DNA from: a bacterium
GTDB lineage: Bacteria > JAAXHH01
Length of the DNA stretch: 64,000 bases
NCBI GenBank assembly: GCA_965262815.1
Contig: OZ253560.1
Coordinates: 2,547,287-2,611,286, forward strand
Reading direction: 5' to 3'
Shown: one piece after another, positions 39,101-46,876 of the stretch
How the letters are laid out: every line of letters begins with the position of its first letter
Numbering within the stretch: position 1 is the first letter of the stretch
Made by a program: the position numbers and the translations under genes
The notes under the pieces: generated by a model
What the model was told of the DNA's origin: nothing
Seen by the model: the letters and a program-made list of their open reading frames with translations, nothing else
Database searches by the model: none

Positions 39101-41846
39101 CTCGTTCGGTGTTTTCGTCCTCAAAAAGTAAGCGCAGATGGACAGTGCGGCTCGCACCACGATCAGCTACTAGGGCTAGTTTCGCACGGGCATCTGCAAT
39201 GGTTTGTTCTGCCACCTCGCGCAATGCTTCAGGAAGGCTCGCCAGTGCGTTGCTATCGACAGTTTCTTGTTGTAAAAGTTCGCGAAAGTCGGATAGCAGA
39301 ACCTGTTGTATATTGGTGAGTTCCAAAGCTTCGCGGGAGGTAGGAGACCCAGTAGCTCGAAGTTTGGCTAACAAGGCTGGCTCCTCTATCGTAAATCTTC
39401 GCAATTCATCGTACATGGCCTCCCGCACTAAGTCCGAATAGTGCGACCTTTCTATCCCATTGGCGAGTTCTGCCGCATCCTGTCGACTGTCGGAGAAGAC
39501 GACTAGTTTCTTAGCATCTTCTGGCAGGAAATAGAACATTTCCTTGGAAAGAATCTGAGTGATACGACCAAAACCAGTGCGAAATCCCCGGATTGGAGAC
39601 TTTCGATACTGGCGGAATCTGTAATTCGCCGCGCACAACGGGCAAGTTGCGGGTAGGGCTCCTATTTCGCTCTCAGGCAAATTCGGAACTACATATGCGT
39701 AACCACGCACAGTACCCGTGGTGCCTAGCTTGACTTGCCCTGTAGCTGGGTCAAGGCTAGCAGCCATCCACCGAGCTTGGACTGTACTGCTACTGTTAAT
39801 GGGCTGTGGCCACTGACGTGAATCTGGGTCTAATTGCTGTCCACCGGATGGCCAGAAAACCCCGAAATCCCGGTAGGTTCGTCTGTCGACAAAGCGGGCT
39901 GATTGCCGATCTGGCAAACCCTCTATATCAGCATCAGTGATTAGAAGCTCCCAGCCACGATTTGCATCCAGTTCGTTCCTGCTACCTCCGAACATCGTCG
40001 TACCGCAAACTTCGCAGTAGAGTAGTTCCAATACCCGGTGGGATTCATCCAGATTATCGCACAGGATACGCGAGTTTTGAAAAAGTTTTCCGGAGGTACG
40101 ACCACCTCCCATTTCGGCAGAACTACAACCACATCCAGGTTGAGTGCAAGCCCAGAGGCCTTCGATATTTTTGAAGAACCAGTGTAGTCTGAATCTGGGC
40201 ATTCGTTCGCTGGCCCCACACAGCTGACGGGCGATTAGAAGGCCGCGGGTAGCCGACCGCACAACATCGTCTTCACAGTCGGTGCCGAACAAACGTTGTC
40301 CGAATTCACTCAAGCGAGTTGCTCTGGTTACGCCGTCTCTGGAACAAGCCGCCAGCATACGCGCACTCATCTGCAAATTTTCCACCTCCAGGCAATCTTC
40401 CAGTTTCCAGTCGCCTCCTTCCTGCACTTCGCCTGTTGAACTTAGAAATGCTGTCGCTACAGCTTTTGCATCTGGCTCCTTGTCCGCTGCGGTTTCTAGT
40501 TCTGCAATAGCAACAAAAGGCTCTACCTGAAGCTTACTCGACGTATCCCCGCCTGAAGTGTCCTCTGGATTGCCTGGAATTACCTGTAAACTAGTCCATT
40601 GGGAGCCAAAGAACTCGGATAGGTATCGTAGGCTATCGTCATCGTTTGGCTCCAACGACGCACTGGAACCAATAATGCGAAGTTTTGGGCTGTCTGGGTA
40701 GAGACCTAAGCGGAGCAGGAGTAACTTTAAGAGGTACGCGACTTCGGTTCCTGCTGTGCCGCGATGGAGATGTAGTTCGTCAATGATGAGATGGAAAACG
40801 CTGCCGTCTTTTTCCAGCCATTGCTTCGTTTTTTCGAAAATGCCGCTGTCTGCGTCTCGCATTAGCATCATACTGAGCATGCTAAAGTTCGTGACCAAGA
40901 TATCTGGTGGGTGGTCTTGCATATCCCATCGGCAGCGCATTTCTGCACCGTCCAGTCGTGGGAAGAAGTAACGGGCTTCCGTTTTCCCTGTATCGAAAAC
41001 GTGTTTTTCTGCCGCTATTGCGGCACCTTCGGCTTCCTTCAAGAGTGTTTTCAATCGCTCAATTCTCTGGCGGTCTGGTCTCTGTACGCCATTGGCGTTT
41101 GGTTGTAATAGCTCATGACCAGCTACTGGTGCATCTGAGTTATATCGTCCGAAGTAGAATCGATTTCCGTCGCGATTTCGGTCGAACCACTCCCGGACTC
41201 CAGGCGAGTCTAAGGCGGAGCGCAAACGGCTTAGCTGGTCTTCTACCAAAGCATTCATAGGATATACAATCAAACCGCGAATCGCGGCATCCCGGTTCTC
41301 ATTGCCACGCTGAGGGATTCTCAGACTTCTTTGAGCTATGTTTCCTGCAGGCCAACATTTATTGCGCCAGGCCTCATTACGCCACCAATCGTCTTGATGC
41401 GCCAGCCTTGGTTGCGGCTTGTCCCAGCCAGAGGATTCTTGGCACAGGTAGGCGAATAGCGGCAATAAGAATGCCTCGGTTTTTCCTGAGCCGGTTCCGG
41501 CTGTAACGACAGCGTTTGTCCCAGAAAGCACTTTGCTTAACATTTCGGCTTGATGACTATAAAGCTCGAAGTCGCCGATCAGCCCAAGAGACGTAAGCTC
41601 TTGGAAAGCAGTAATTCCCTCCGACCCCATACTAGGCAAATCCACCGCAGATAAATCCCTGATTTTCTTTCCTGAAGTCCGATACCTTGGAATGGGTTCT
41701 ATCCACGGTTCTTGAGAAATAGTACCGGGCTCCCTTAGTAATTTCTCGCGTTCCACCTCAAGACCCGGGTACTGGGTTCCAAATGCAGTTTTCACGTAAT
41801 CGATGTAGCTGTCGCGGACCTTATCAAAAGCATTTATGAAATCCAT
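36102..41846 (-). CDS. giant split DExH helicase with C-terminal DUF1998-type zinc-finger domain (DruE-like Druantia signature protein)
   Basis: 1914 aa. Helicase motif I TAGTGSGKT (~aa 117), II IIDELH (~aa 355), III GSSAS. After a ~750-aa insertion, motif V TTTMEVGVDIG and motif VI QRSGRAGRRG (~aa 1200-1230). Cys pairs CGQCHY…CPKCGC and the C-terminal CDSSCYNCLRNY…LLDWRLG resemble the DUF1998/MrfA zinc-finger domain. The start overlaps the upstream gene by 13 nt. Confidence 0.7.
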   Translation of the reverse strand: MDFINAFDKVRDSYIDYVKTAFGTQYPGLEVEREKLLREPGTISQEPWIEPIPRYRTSGKKIRDLSAVDLPSMGSEGITAFQELTSLGLIGDFELYSHQAEMLSKVLSGTNAVVTAGTGSGKTEAFLLPLFAYLCQESSGWDKPQPRLAHQDDWWRNEAWRNKCWPAGNIAQRSLRIPQRGNENRDAAIRGLIVYPMNALVEDQLSRLRSALDSPGVREWFDRNRDGNRFYFGRYNSDAPVAGHELLQPNANGVQRPDRQRIERLKTLLKEAEGAAIAAEKHVFDTGKTEARYFFPRLDGAEMRCRWDMQDHPPDILVTNFSMLSMMLMRDADSGIFEKTKQWLEKDGSVFHLIIDELHLHRGTAGTEVAYLLKLLLLRLGLYPDSPKLRIIGSSASLEPNDDDSLRYLSEFFGSQWTSLQVIPGNPEDTSGGDTSSKLQVEPFVAIAELETAADKEPDAKAVATAFLSSTGEVQEGGDWKLEDCLEVENLQMSARMLAACSRDGVTRATRLSEFGQRLFGTDCEDDVVRSATRGLLIARQLCGASERMPRFRLHWFFKNIEGLWACTQPGCGCSSAEMGGGRTSGKLFQNSRILCDNLDESHRVLELLYCEVCGTTMFGGSRNELDANRGWELLITDADIEGLPDRQSARFVDRRTYRDFGVFWPSGGQQLDPDSRQWPQPINSSSTVQARWMAASLDPATGQVKLGTTGTVRGYAYVVPNLPESEIGALPATCPLCAANYRFRQYRKSPIRGFRTGFGRITQILSKEMFYFLPEDAKKLVVFSDSRQDAAELANGIERSHYSDLVREAMYDELRRFTIEEPALLAKLRATGSPTSREALELTNIQQVLLSDFRELLQQETVDSNALASLPEALREVAEQTIADARAKLALVADRGASRTVHLRLLFEDENTERGTGALIQRLKTLGVNPAGQNVLFQEFKYDDAWQKWTTLFDFSRPGGGWKPDLSPSGSTRGREKLRAKVTSEICSVLFSRLYFGFESAGLGYAKSDLPDSVMEQKAGECDLAKGQLVDILNGTIRMLGDLYRYPQVDPGAYPIDDWPNWTTARAGIRNYVRKCANVHGVGEDALLETVRDAICFIGGHTHFKINPRRLLVRVALPTDPVWRCTRCRRPHLYNPGICTSQFCQDILPGDPNTTCCDLHLQNYYAKEAVQLRQPIRLHAEELTAQTDNQPERQRLFRDITVDLNNDPYHPLVREVDAIDMLSVTTTMEVGVDIGSLQAVVQGNMPPMRFNYQQRSGRAGRRGQPFATVLTICRGRSHDEFYYHHPERITGDPPPVPFLSMGRLDIAQRLMAKECLRRAFHAAGVPWWESPRPPDSHGEFGMTAGWIDDQYRRESVKNWLSSATDVTSIADALCTGVAGTIRKSDIVNYARNELCIKIGEACANPEITGDGLAERLAEYAVLPMYGMPSRVRLFYHGLRSTDALTTHRDLDLAITEFAPGSQRTKDKRVYQAIGFTAPLLRRENRWCTSTNDPLSPRRWMSSCGQCHYTATYDDNPQDESCPKCGCGNENDPAFRTFQFAVPLAFRASLGPGSDAVEDDEFLPTGASTVAESDGVPCMASVGTNSAISFSKSGRVYRVNDRLGRLFKGAVGTAQRGSTGRRLENQWIDNRFQEADQLNFTTTTETESIAIVSPKSTDVLRIRPESVRPGLWMDPVGAVGIKAAYYSAAFILKAIAAEELDIDPDEFDISNVRQVELGDGTKVGEIVISDHLANGAGFTNYIYDNWEDLLALVTNSDAESDSFAGSVLHRDHRSVCDSSCYNCLRNYRNMGYHGLLDWRLGVSLLRCLHSDSFDCGVNGVFAVPDLEGWCEHAARLRDTFCTSFSARPRDFGLLPGLEVGNKLVLVVHPLWNLRHPVELLEEVIASCRDFNPTTLDTFNLLRRPGWVYQSLGGS

Positions 41847-42832
41847 CGCTTTCCTTTCGCTTCGATGGGTTGTTGATTAAGTTTACTCGCTACCTCATTA
41901 AAGACACTAGGTGGTACGTCGTTATACACATAGGAACGTTGTGCTTCATTAGATGGCACTAGCCCTAGCACAGTTGAGCAATGTCCTCTGCACAGTCCAA
42001 AGGCTCTTGAGAATAAAGTAGGCAGAGGAGCACCGTATGGAACGCTAGCTCTCTTGATAGCCATATCGTATTGCAATACCCGGTGCGATGATAGGGCGAG
42101 GACAGCGTAACGTCCCCAGTCCAGTTCAACTTCTGCGGACTCACGATTCCGCCATAGGCGATAGTACCAGATGGATGTTACTGGGTTTTGGTACCTGCTT
42201 AACCGTAATTTTGAATCTATCCTGCTATTAGGTAGAAACTGCAATCTTTCCGTATCAAAATCCTGGCGACGCCAGTTCATCTCTGCTTCGTTTGACCACA
42301 CCAGACCTCGGCAATACTCTTGGAGTGAAGCAGACACTCGCGCCAATGAACGGGCAGGTGGGAAGTCGATAAAGCGGAGGTTAACACTGGCGGCAACATT
42401 ATGGATTTGAATGGAACTATCGGCACATAGTTCTATGCGTGTTGGCACGTATGGACACGATGCTAAATGTGGCCCCACGATGGTCTCAAAGCCACCTATA
42501 GTTGCTGCCTGTTGCAGGTTCTCAACACTCGCTGGAGACCTGGCTCCGCACAAAACTGCTCTGGCTACACCGCGACCTGGAAGTGCGGCTAGCACCGGGG
42601 GAGCGACGACGACCTTGATTTCATCCGAATCAAATTTCATGTCGATGTGACCGAGACAACTCAATGTGCGGAGAGCTTGCCACCGTGCGCTAGCGACAGG
42701 TTCATCAAATTTGGACTGCCCGTCTAATACCCCTCTCCTATGTACCTCCTCAAACCATCGCTTGACAATGGACCAAGGAACTTTACGCTTAGCAGAGAGT
42801 GCGAATAAGAAGATGTCACCACTGTTATACAC
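41834..42832 (-). CDS. hypothetical protein, DruG-like position in Druantia-type operon
   Basis: 332 aa with no recognisable motif. GTG start (verified: gtg tat aac agt ggt gac = MYNSGD) overlaps the upstream stop by 8 nt, and the stop overlaps the druE-like start, indicating translational coupling. Confidence 0.55.
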   Translation of the reverse strand: MYNSGDIFLFALSAKRKVPWSIVKRWFEEVHRRGVLDGQSKFDEPVASARWQALRTLSCLGHIDMKFDSDEIKVVVAPPVLAALPGRGVARAVLCGARSPASVENLQQAATIGGFETIVGPHLASCPYVPTRIELCADSSIQIHNVAASVNLRFIDFPPARSLARVSASLQEYCRGLVWSNEAEMNWRRQDFDTERLQFLPNSRIDSKLRLSRYQNPVTSIWYYRLWRNRESAEVELDWGRYAVLALSSHRVLQYDMAIKRASVPYGAPLPTLFSRAFGLCRGHCSTVLGLVPSNEAQRSYVYNDVPPSVFNEVASKLNQQPIEAKGKRWIS

Positions 42833-44873
42833 GTCTGGACAACTCTTGTATCTGATTCCACAACGAGCGTTCGTCCGGTTGTTCTGGCTGTAAGATGCGC
42901 TTGCGCCAGTGCCAAGTAACTTTCTTCCAGTCTTTCAATTTCCGACGTGTTGGGGTATCCAACGATCCAAGCGATATTGCCCCCAGCATTTCGCTAACAA
43001 AAACTGCTTTCCATTTCTTAGGTCGGATTTTTGTAATCACCCATGTTGGAATCCAATCGTTGGGGAAAGGCTCAGATGGCCAAGCAATGATTTGTCCGGG
43101 GTGCTGCCCGACCAGAAAACAACGCATCCTACACAGTTCGTATTCTAAATCCTCGAATACCTCCGCGGCTGAAGTTGTCGTTTCGACGATCTGGCCCTTG
43201 ATATATGCACCAGAGACAGATGTTTTATCACTATCAAATTGTGAGCTGATGGCGGAGGAATCTACGAAAATTTCGGGTTCTCCCGTAGGCAGGCTGTAGT
43301 CGCTTGTTAAAAATAGTGACTGCCGACACAGAACTAATTGGTCGGACCGCGCCTCTATGGTGATCCGGGACCCATTTGGAAGGTCACTTGGTAGAGTAAA
43401 AATACCGGCGGTAGCAGGGGATGATAGTAATACTTGATTGCAATAAACTTCAGTAGTCGGTGCCCCTCCGATTAACCGTACTGATGGAGGTGCGAAGAAA
43501 AAAAAGTTATTCCCATTGCCGCTACGGATTCCGCCTACCAACAGGAGTCGCAACCCCGATTGAAATGTCAGAATCGGAAACTCGTTTTTAACTGCCTCAT
43601 CGTCTATAGCGGTCTCGACGCTAGCAAATCGCCATGAATTCGGTAAACCCTGCACTATATCGAGACCATGAAACTCCCTGCATTGCGTAGTTGCCCATCG
43701 TTGCAAACGTGGCCAAGCATCCTCGGGGTAACTCAGGTAAAAAGGTTGTCCCAAGGGTAGAGTGGGTGTGTCAACAAGATCACTAATCCCTTCTGCCATA
43801 CCGCTGATGAATATCCTGACCGGATAGCCCTTAAGCCTCAACAGGTAATTGGGAGATTTCGACCGCATCGTTTTGCTGATACGCCAATCAAGCATGGATG
43901 CGTCAAAATGCTCTCCTGTGTTGTTGTTTTTTATTGGCAACGACCACCCATTCACGTCCTCATCGGCATGGAGTACATGATCTAGAGTAAGACCTGCTTC
44001 AGGAAACTCGTGATTTAACCTGCACCTGATAGATGATTTGGCAATTCCTGTAACCTGATCCAGCTCGATGCAAATCCGCAGTCCGCCGAGAGTTTGAGCC
44101 GATTGACCAAGGTTTATTTCTGACCCTGGCATCGTCCCATCCCAAGCCTCCAGTTCGTCATTGACAGCGTCAATTAACGCCCTGTGAAGTTCATCTTGAG
44201 GATTCTCCGCCATTAGGATAGTTCTGGTCCTCATAAGTCGTCTTGCGATATTACTACGCAACGCCATAGCGATTTCATCATCCGGGTGACTTGATGCCGG
44301 GTCTAAACCTGCTTTAAAGAAGACCCGTGGCAACACCTGTCTGTCTTGCTCTACTAGTATCGCTTGTGAAAGTGGATAACCTATGTGGACATGTCCGCCT
44401 ATTGAACGGGATTGGAAAATGCCTAGTTTACCTTGTCGGTCGAATACTGACCAGTTCTCCAGGTCATCCCAGAGTTCCCGCATTCGGTCGAACCAGCGCG
44501 GTGGACCACTTCTACCTTCATACATTAGTTGCGTCCATAGCCTGGGATAATAGGCGTGAGGTGCGAAATCTCCTTCAGCGCCGCTAGCGAGCACGAAAAA
44601 ACACAGATAGCCAACGTAGGGCGGGATATCTTGATTCCGGATCCTCCACCCAAGGAATTCATGGTAAGCTCGTTTACATATATGTTTTCCGTTCAGGTAT
44701 GGCGCCGATGGTTGCCCAGCGACTGCAGTACGGAAAGAACCAGCTTCCGGGATATCCCGACTTATCTCGTCGATAAGATCCTGGTTGACGTAAAGGTGTA
44801 CGTTATATCCCTCCATGTCGGGATTAAAGAACCAGGTAGCTAACTTATTGTTCCATTGACTATAGGCGTTCAT
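42825..44873 (-). CDS. hypothetical protein, DruF-like position in Druantia-type operon
   Basis: 682 aa with no recognisable motif. ATG at 44873..44871 verified. 27 nt downstream of the relic end of the glycosylase gene. Confidence 0.55.
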   Translation of the reverse strand: MNAYSQWNNKLATWFFNPDMEGYNVHLYVNQDLIDEISRDIPEAGSFRTAVAGQPSAPYLNGKHICKRAYHEFLGWRIRNQDIPPYVGYLCFFVLASGAEGDFAPHAYYPRLWTQLMYEGRSGPPRWFDRMRELWDDLENWSVFDRQGKLGIFQSRSIGGHVHIGYPLSQAILVEQDRQVLPRVFFKAGLDPASSHPDDEIAMALRSNIARRLMRTRTILMAENPQDELHRALIDAVNDELEAWDGTMPGSEINLGQSAQTLGGLRICIELDQVTGIAKSSIRCRLNHEFPEAGLTLDHVLHADEDVNGWSLPIKNNNTGEHFDASMLDWRISKTMRSKSPNYLLRLKGYPVRIFISGMAEGISDLVDTPTLPLGQPFYLSYPEDAWPRLQRWATTQCREFHGLDIVQGLPNSWRFASVETAIDDEAVKNEFPILTFQSGLRLLLVGGIRSGNGNNFFFFAPPSVRLIGGAPTTEVYCNQVLLSSPATAGIFTLPSDLPNGSRITIEARSDQLVLCRQSLFLTSDYSLPTGEPEIFVDSSAISSQFDSDKTSVSGAYIKGQIVETTTSAAEVFEDLEYELCRMRCFLVGQHPGQIIAWPSEPFPNDWIPTWVITKIRPKKWKAVFVSEMLGAISLGSLDTPTRRKLKDWKKVTWHWRKRILQPEQPDERSLWNQIQELSRRV

Positions 44874-44899
44874 GGTCGGTCATCCCGAATGTGTTGTAT

Positions 44900-45019
44900 T
44901 CATACAATCGGCCCTTGTTTGGCATACACACACTTTGCTGCAATGGGGCAATCGATACATAGAGGTGTCCGTGATTTGCAGATAAGGGCTACAAAGTCAA
45001 GCAATCCGTAATTATGCTC
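44900..45019 (-). pseudogene. 3' fragment of the IS-split HhH-GPD glycosylase gene ([4Fe-4S] loop)
   Basis: Reading the minus strand from the TSD copy at 45021 gives EHNYGLLDFVALICKSRTPLCIDCPIAAKCVYAKQGPIV*. C-X6-C-X2-C-X5-C is the EndoIII/MutY/Mig Fe-S cluster loop, in frame with the upstream part once the IS and one TSD copy are removed. Confidence 0.8.
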
Positions 45020-45062
45020 CTTGATGTTACCCCGTTTTCGTGGACGGTTTACGGTTTGGGAT

Positions 45063-45875
45063 TCAGGCAGTTTTCTTGAACCTCCTTTCGAAGTTCATGG
45101 GTGAGAGGTATCCAAGGGAAGAGTGTCTTCTCCGGGTGTTGTAGAAGCCCTCGATGTATTGGAACAGGGCGAGTCTGGCGTCGGCCCTGGTGGTAAAGCG
45201 CCTGCGATCGAGCAGTTCGCATTCCAGGCTGGCGAAGAAGCTCTCGCACAGCGCGTTGTCGTAGCAGTCGCCGACCGAACCCATTGAGGGTCTGACCCCG
45301 GCCTGTCTGCATCTTTTGCCGAAGGCCACCGAGGTGTACTGCGATCCCTGGTCGCTGTGGTGGATCACCGCGTGGGGTCTGCGCATTCCAAGGGCCATGT
45401 CGAGGGCGTCTGTGACCAGTTCGCTTCGCAGGTGGTTGGCCATGGACCAGCCGACGACGCGACGGCTGAAGGCGTCTATGACCACCGAGAGATAGAGGAA
45501 GCCCGCATGGGTAGGCACGTAAGTGATGTCGGCGACCCACAGCCGATCCCTGACAGGAGCGCTGAAGTCCCGGTTGACCAGGTCCGGCGCCTTCTTGCTT
45601 TCTTCGGATCGCCAGGTGGTGCGCACGGCTCTGCGGCGTGATACTCCACTGATAGCGGCCATGCGCATCAGGCGGGCAACGCGTTTTCGTCCTGCGCGTA
45701 TGCCCGACGCGCGCAGTTCGGCATGGATGCGCGGCGCGCCGTAGGTACCGTAGGAGCGTTGATGGATCGAGCGGATCCTGCTAAGAAGCATAGCATCCTC
45801 TCTGGTCCTCTTGGAGACCACCCGCCTGAGCCAGACGTAGTAGCCGCTGGGGGAGACATCCAGCAGACCGCACAT
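45063..45875 (-). CDS. IS3-family transposase OrfB (DDE integrase core)
   Basis: …YPIRRMCGLLDVSPSGYYVW…, DDE catalytic region (…HHSDQGSQYTS…) and C-terminal YNTRRRHSSLGYLSP. The frame stays open upstream in the -1 frame relative to orfA. Confidence 0.9.
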   Translation of the reverse strand: MCGLLDVSPSGYYVWLRRVVSKRTREDAMLLSRIRSIHQRSYGTYGAPRIHAELRASGIRAGRKRVARLMRMAAISGVSRRRAVRTTWRSEESKKAPDLVNRDFSAPVRDRLWVADITYVPTHAGFLYLSVVIDAFSRRVVGWSMANHLRSELVTDALDMALGMRRPHAVIHHSDQGSQYTSVAFGKRCRQAGVRPSMGSVGDCYDNALCESFFASLECELLDRRRFTTRADARLALFQYIEGFYNTRRRHSSLGYLSPMNFERRFKKTA

Positions 45876-45907
45876 CCGGCGAATAGGATAGGAGGCCTGG
45901 CTTGCCT

Positions 45908-46219
45908 TTATGAACGAGAAGACTCGGGTGGGGTCTCGGTCTCCCGGGCGAACCAGGCCGCGGCTTTTGCCAGGATCTCTCGATCCATCCTGAGCTGTCT
46001 GTTCTCACGGCGCAGACGACGCAGTTCGGCCCGTTCTTCGGTTCTCAGGCCGTCTTCACGCCTGCCTTGGTCCAGGTCGTCCTGTTTGACCCAGTTGCGG
46101 ATGGCTTGGGCGGTGGGCTCGAACTCTTTGGCCAGCGCTTCGGGACTACGGCCGGCGCGAACGAGATCGACCATCTGCTGGCGAAAGGCCGACGGATAGG
46201 GGGCACGGGATCTGGGCAT
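45908..46219 (-). CDS. IS3-family transposase OrfA (HTH)
   Basis: 103 aa with a helix-turn-helix and leucine-zipper-like RRLRRENRQLRMDREILAKAAAWFA. orfB is in the -1 frame. A-rich slippery stretch CAAAAG around 45964-45970. Confidence 0.85.
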   Translation of the reverse strand: MPRSRAPYPSAFRQQMVDLVRAGRSPEALAKEFEPTAQAIRNWVKQDDLDQGRREDGLRTEERAELRRLRRENRQLRMDREILAKAAAWFARETETPPESSRS

Positions 46220-46231
46220 GTCACGCTCCTT

Positions 46232-46849
46232 TCAAACACAAGAAGTTACATGTCCACTAAACCGGGTCAACTCCACCTTATAGTACTTTTTTGGTAGTAG
46301 TGCCCTTGCGAAGTCCCAGATGATCTCAGCTCGCCTTATATCCGTTGGTGGTTTTAATCCTGTAAGCCGAGAGATTGTACGCACTATACTAAGGTCCACC
46401 ACTGGTACACGCTGTCCAAAGGCAAAGCTAGCGACAGCATGCGCAGTATAGATACCTACGTACGGTAATTTGACTAAATCATCGAGTTGAGTTGGCAGCT
46501 CTCTGGTTTGGGTTAATGACGAAGCGACGTCGAGAAGAGCTCTGACTCTTTGTTTTCCAAACCCTAATACCGCAATCATTTCGAACAGTTCGTCCGGATC
46601 AGCGTTAGACAACTTGCCAGCATCACTGTACTGGCCTATCAGCATCGGCCACACCATGGCAACTTTGTCAGCATGGGTCTGCTTAAGCAAGATTTCCGCT
46701 ATTAGGATTCCGAAAGGGCTGTTTTTTTCAGCTCTCCAAGGGAATGGCCTACCTAAAGTGGAGTACATTTGGACAAAGAAATCTTCTGCTATACCCAGCC
46801 TTGATGGATCGTAAACTGCCGCTTCATTCTGATTGGTCATGTGGATCAT
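46232..46849 (-). pseudogene. HhH-GPD superfamily DNA glycosylase (Mig/EndoIII-like), 3' end truncated by the IS3 insertion
   Basis: HhH-GPD motif LPYVGIYTAHAVASFAFGQRVPVVDLSIVRTISRLTG, with Tyr at the EndoIII Lys120 position and the catalytic Asp retained. The last 13 codons plus the stop (46275..46232) are IS-derived. The native Fe-S loop is displaced to 44900-45019. Confidence 0.75.
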
Positions 46850-46876
46850 CTAGAAAATGCCCCGTTTATCCGTATG

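Larger units (their letters stand above)
45022..46275 (-). mobile_element. IS3-family insertion sequence (1254 bp) with 3-bp target-site duplication CCT
   Basis: Termini TG…CA. Imperfect terminal inverted repeat: TGATGTTACCCCGTTTTCGTGGAC (45022-45045) against the reverse complement of 46252-46275 (TGGAGTTGACCCGGTTTAGTGGAC). CCT at 45019-21 and 46276-78. Carries orfA and orfB. Confidence 0.85.

Noticed and set aside
44861-44873. Apparent conflict between the druF ORF start at 44873 and my first reading of the sequence, which placed the ATG 10 nt lower
   Set aside because: I had dropped one 10-nt block when indexing line 44821. Re-indexing confirms ATG at 44873..44871, encoding MNAYSQ.
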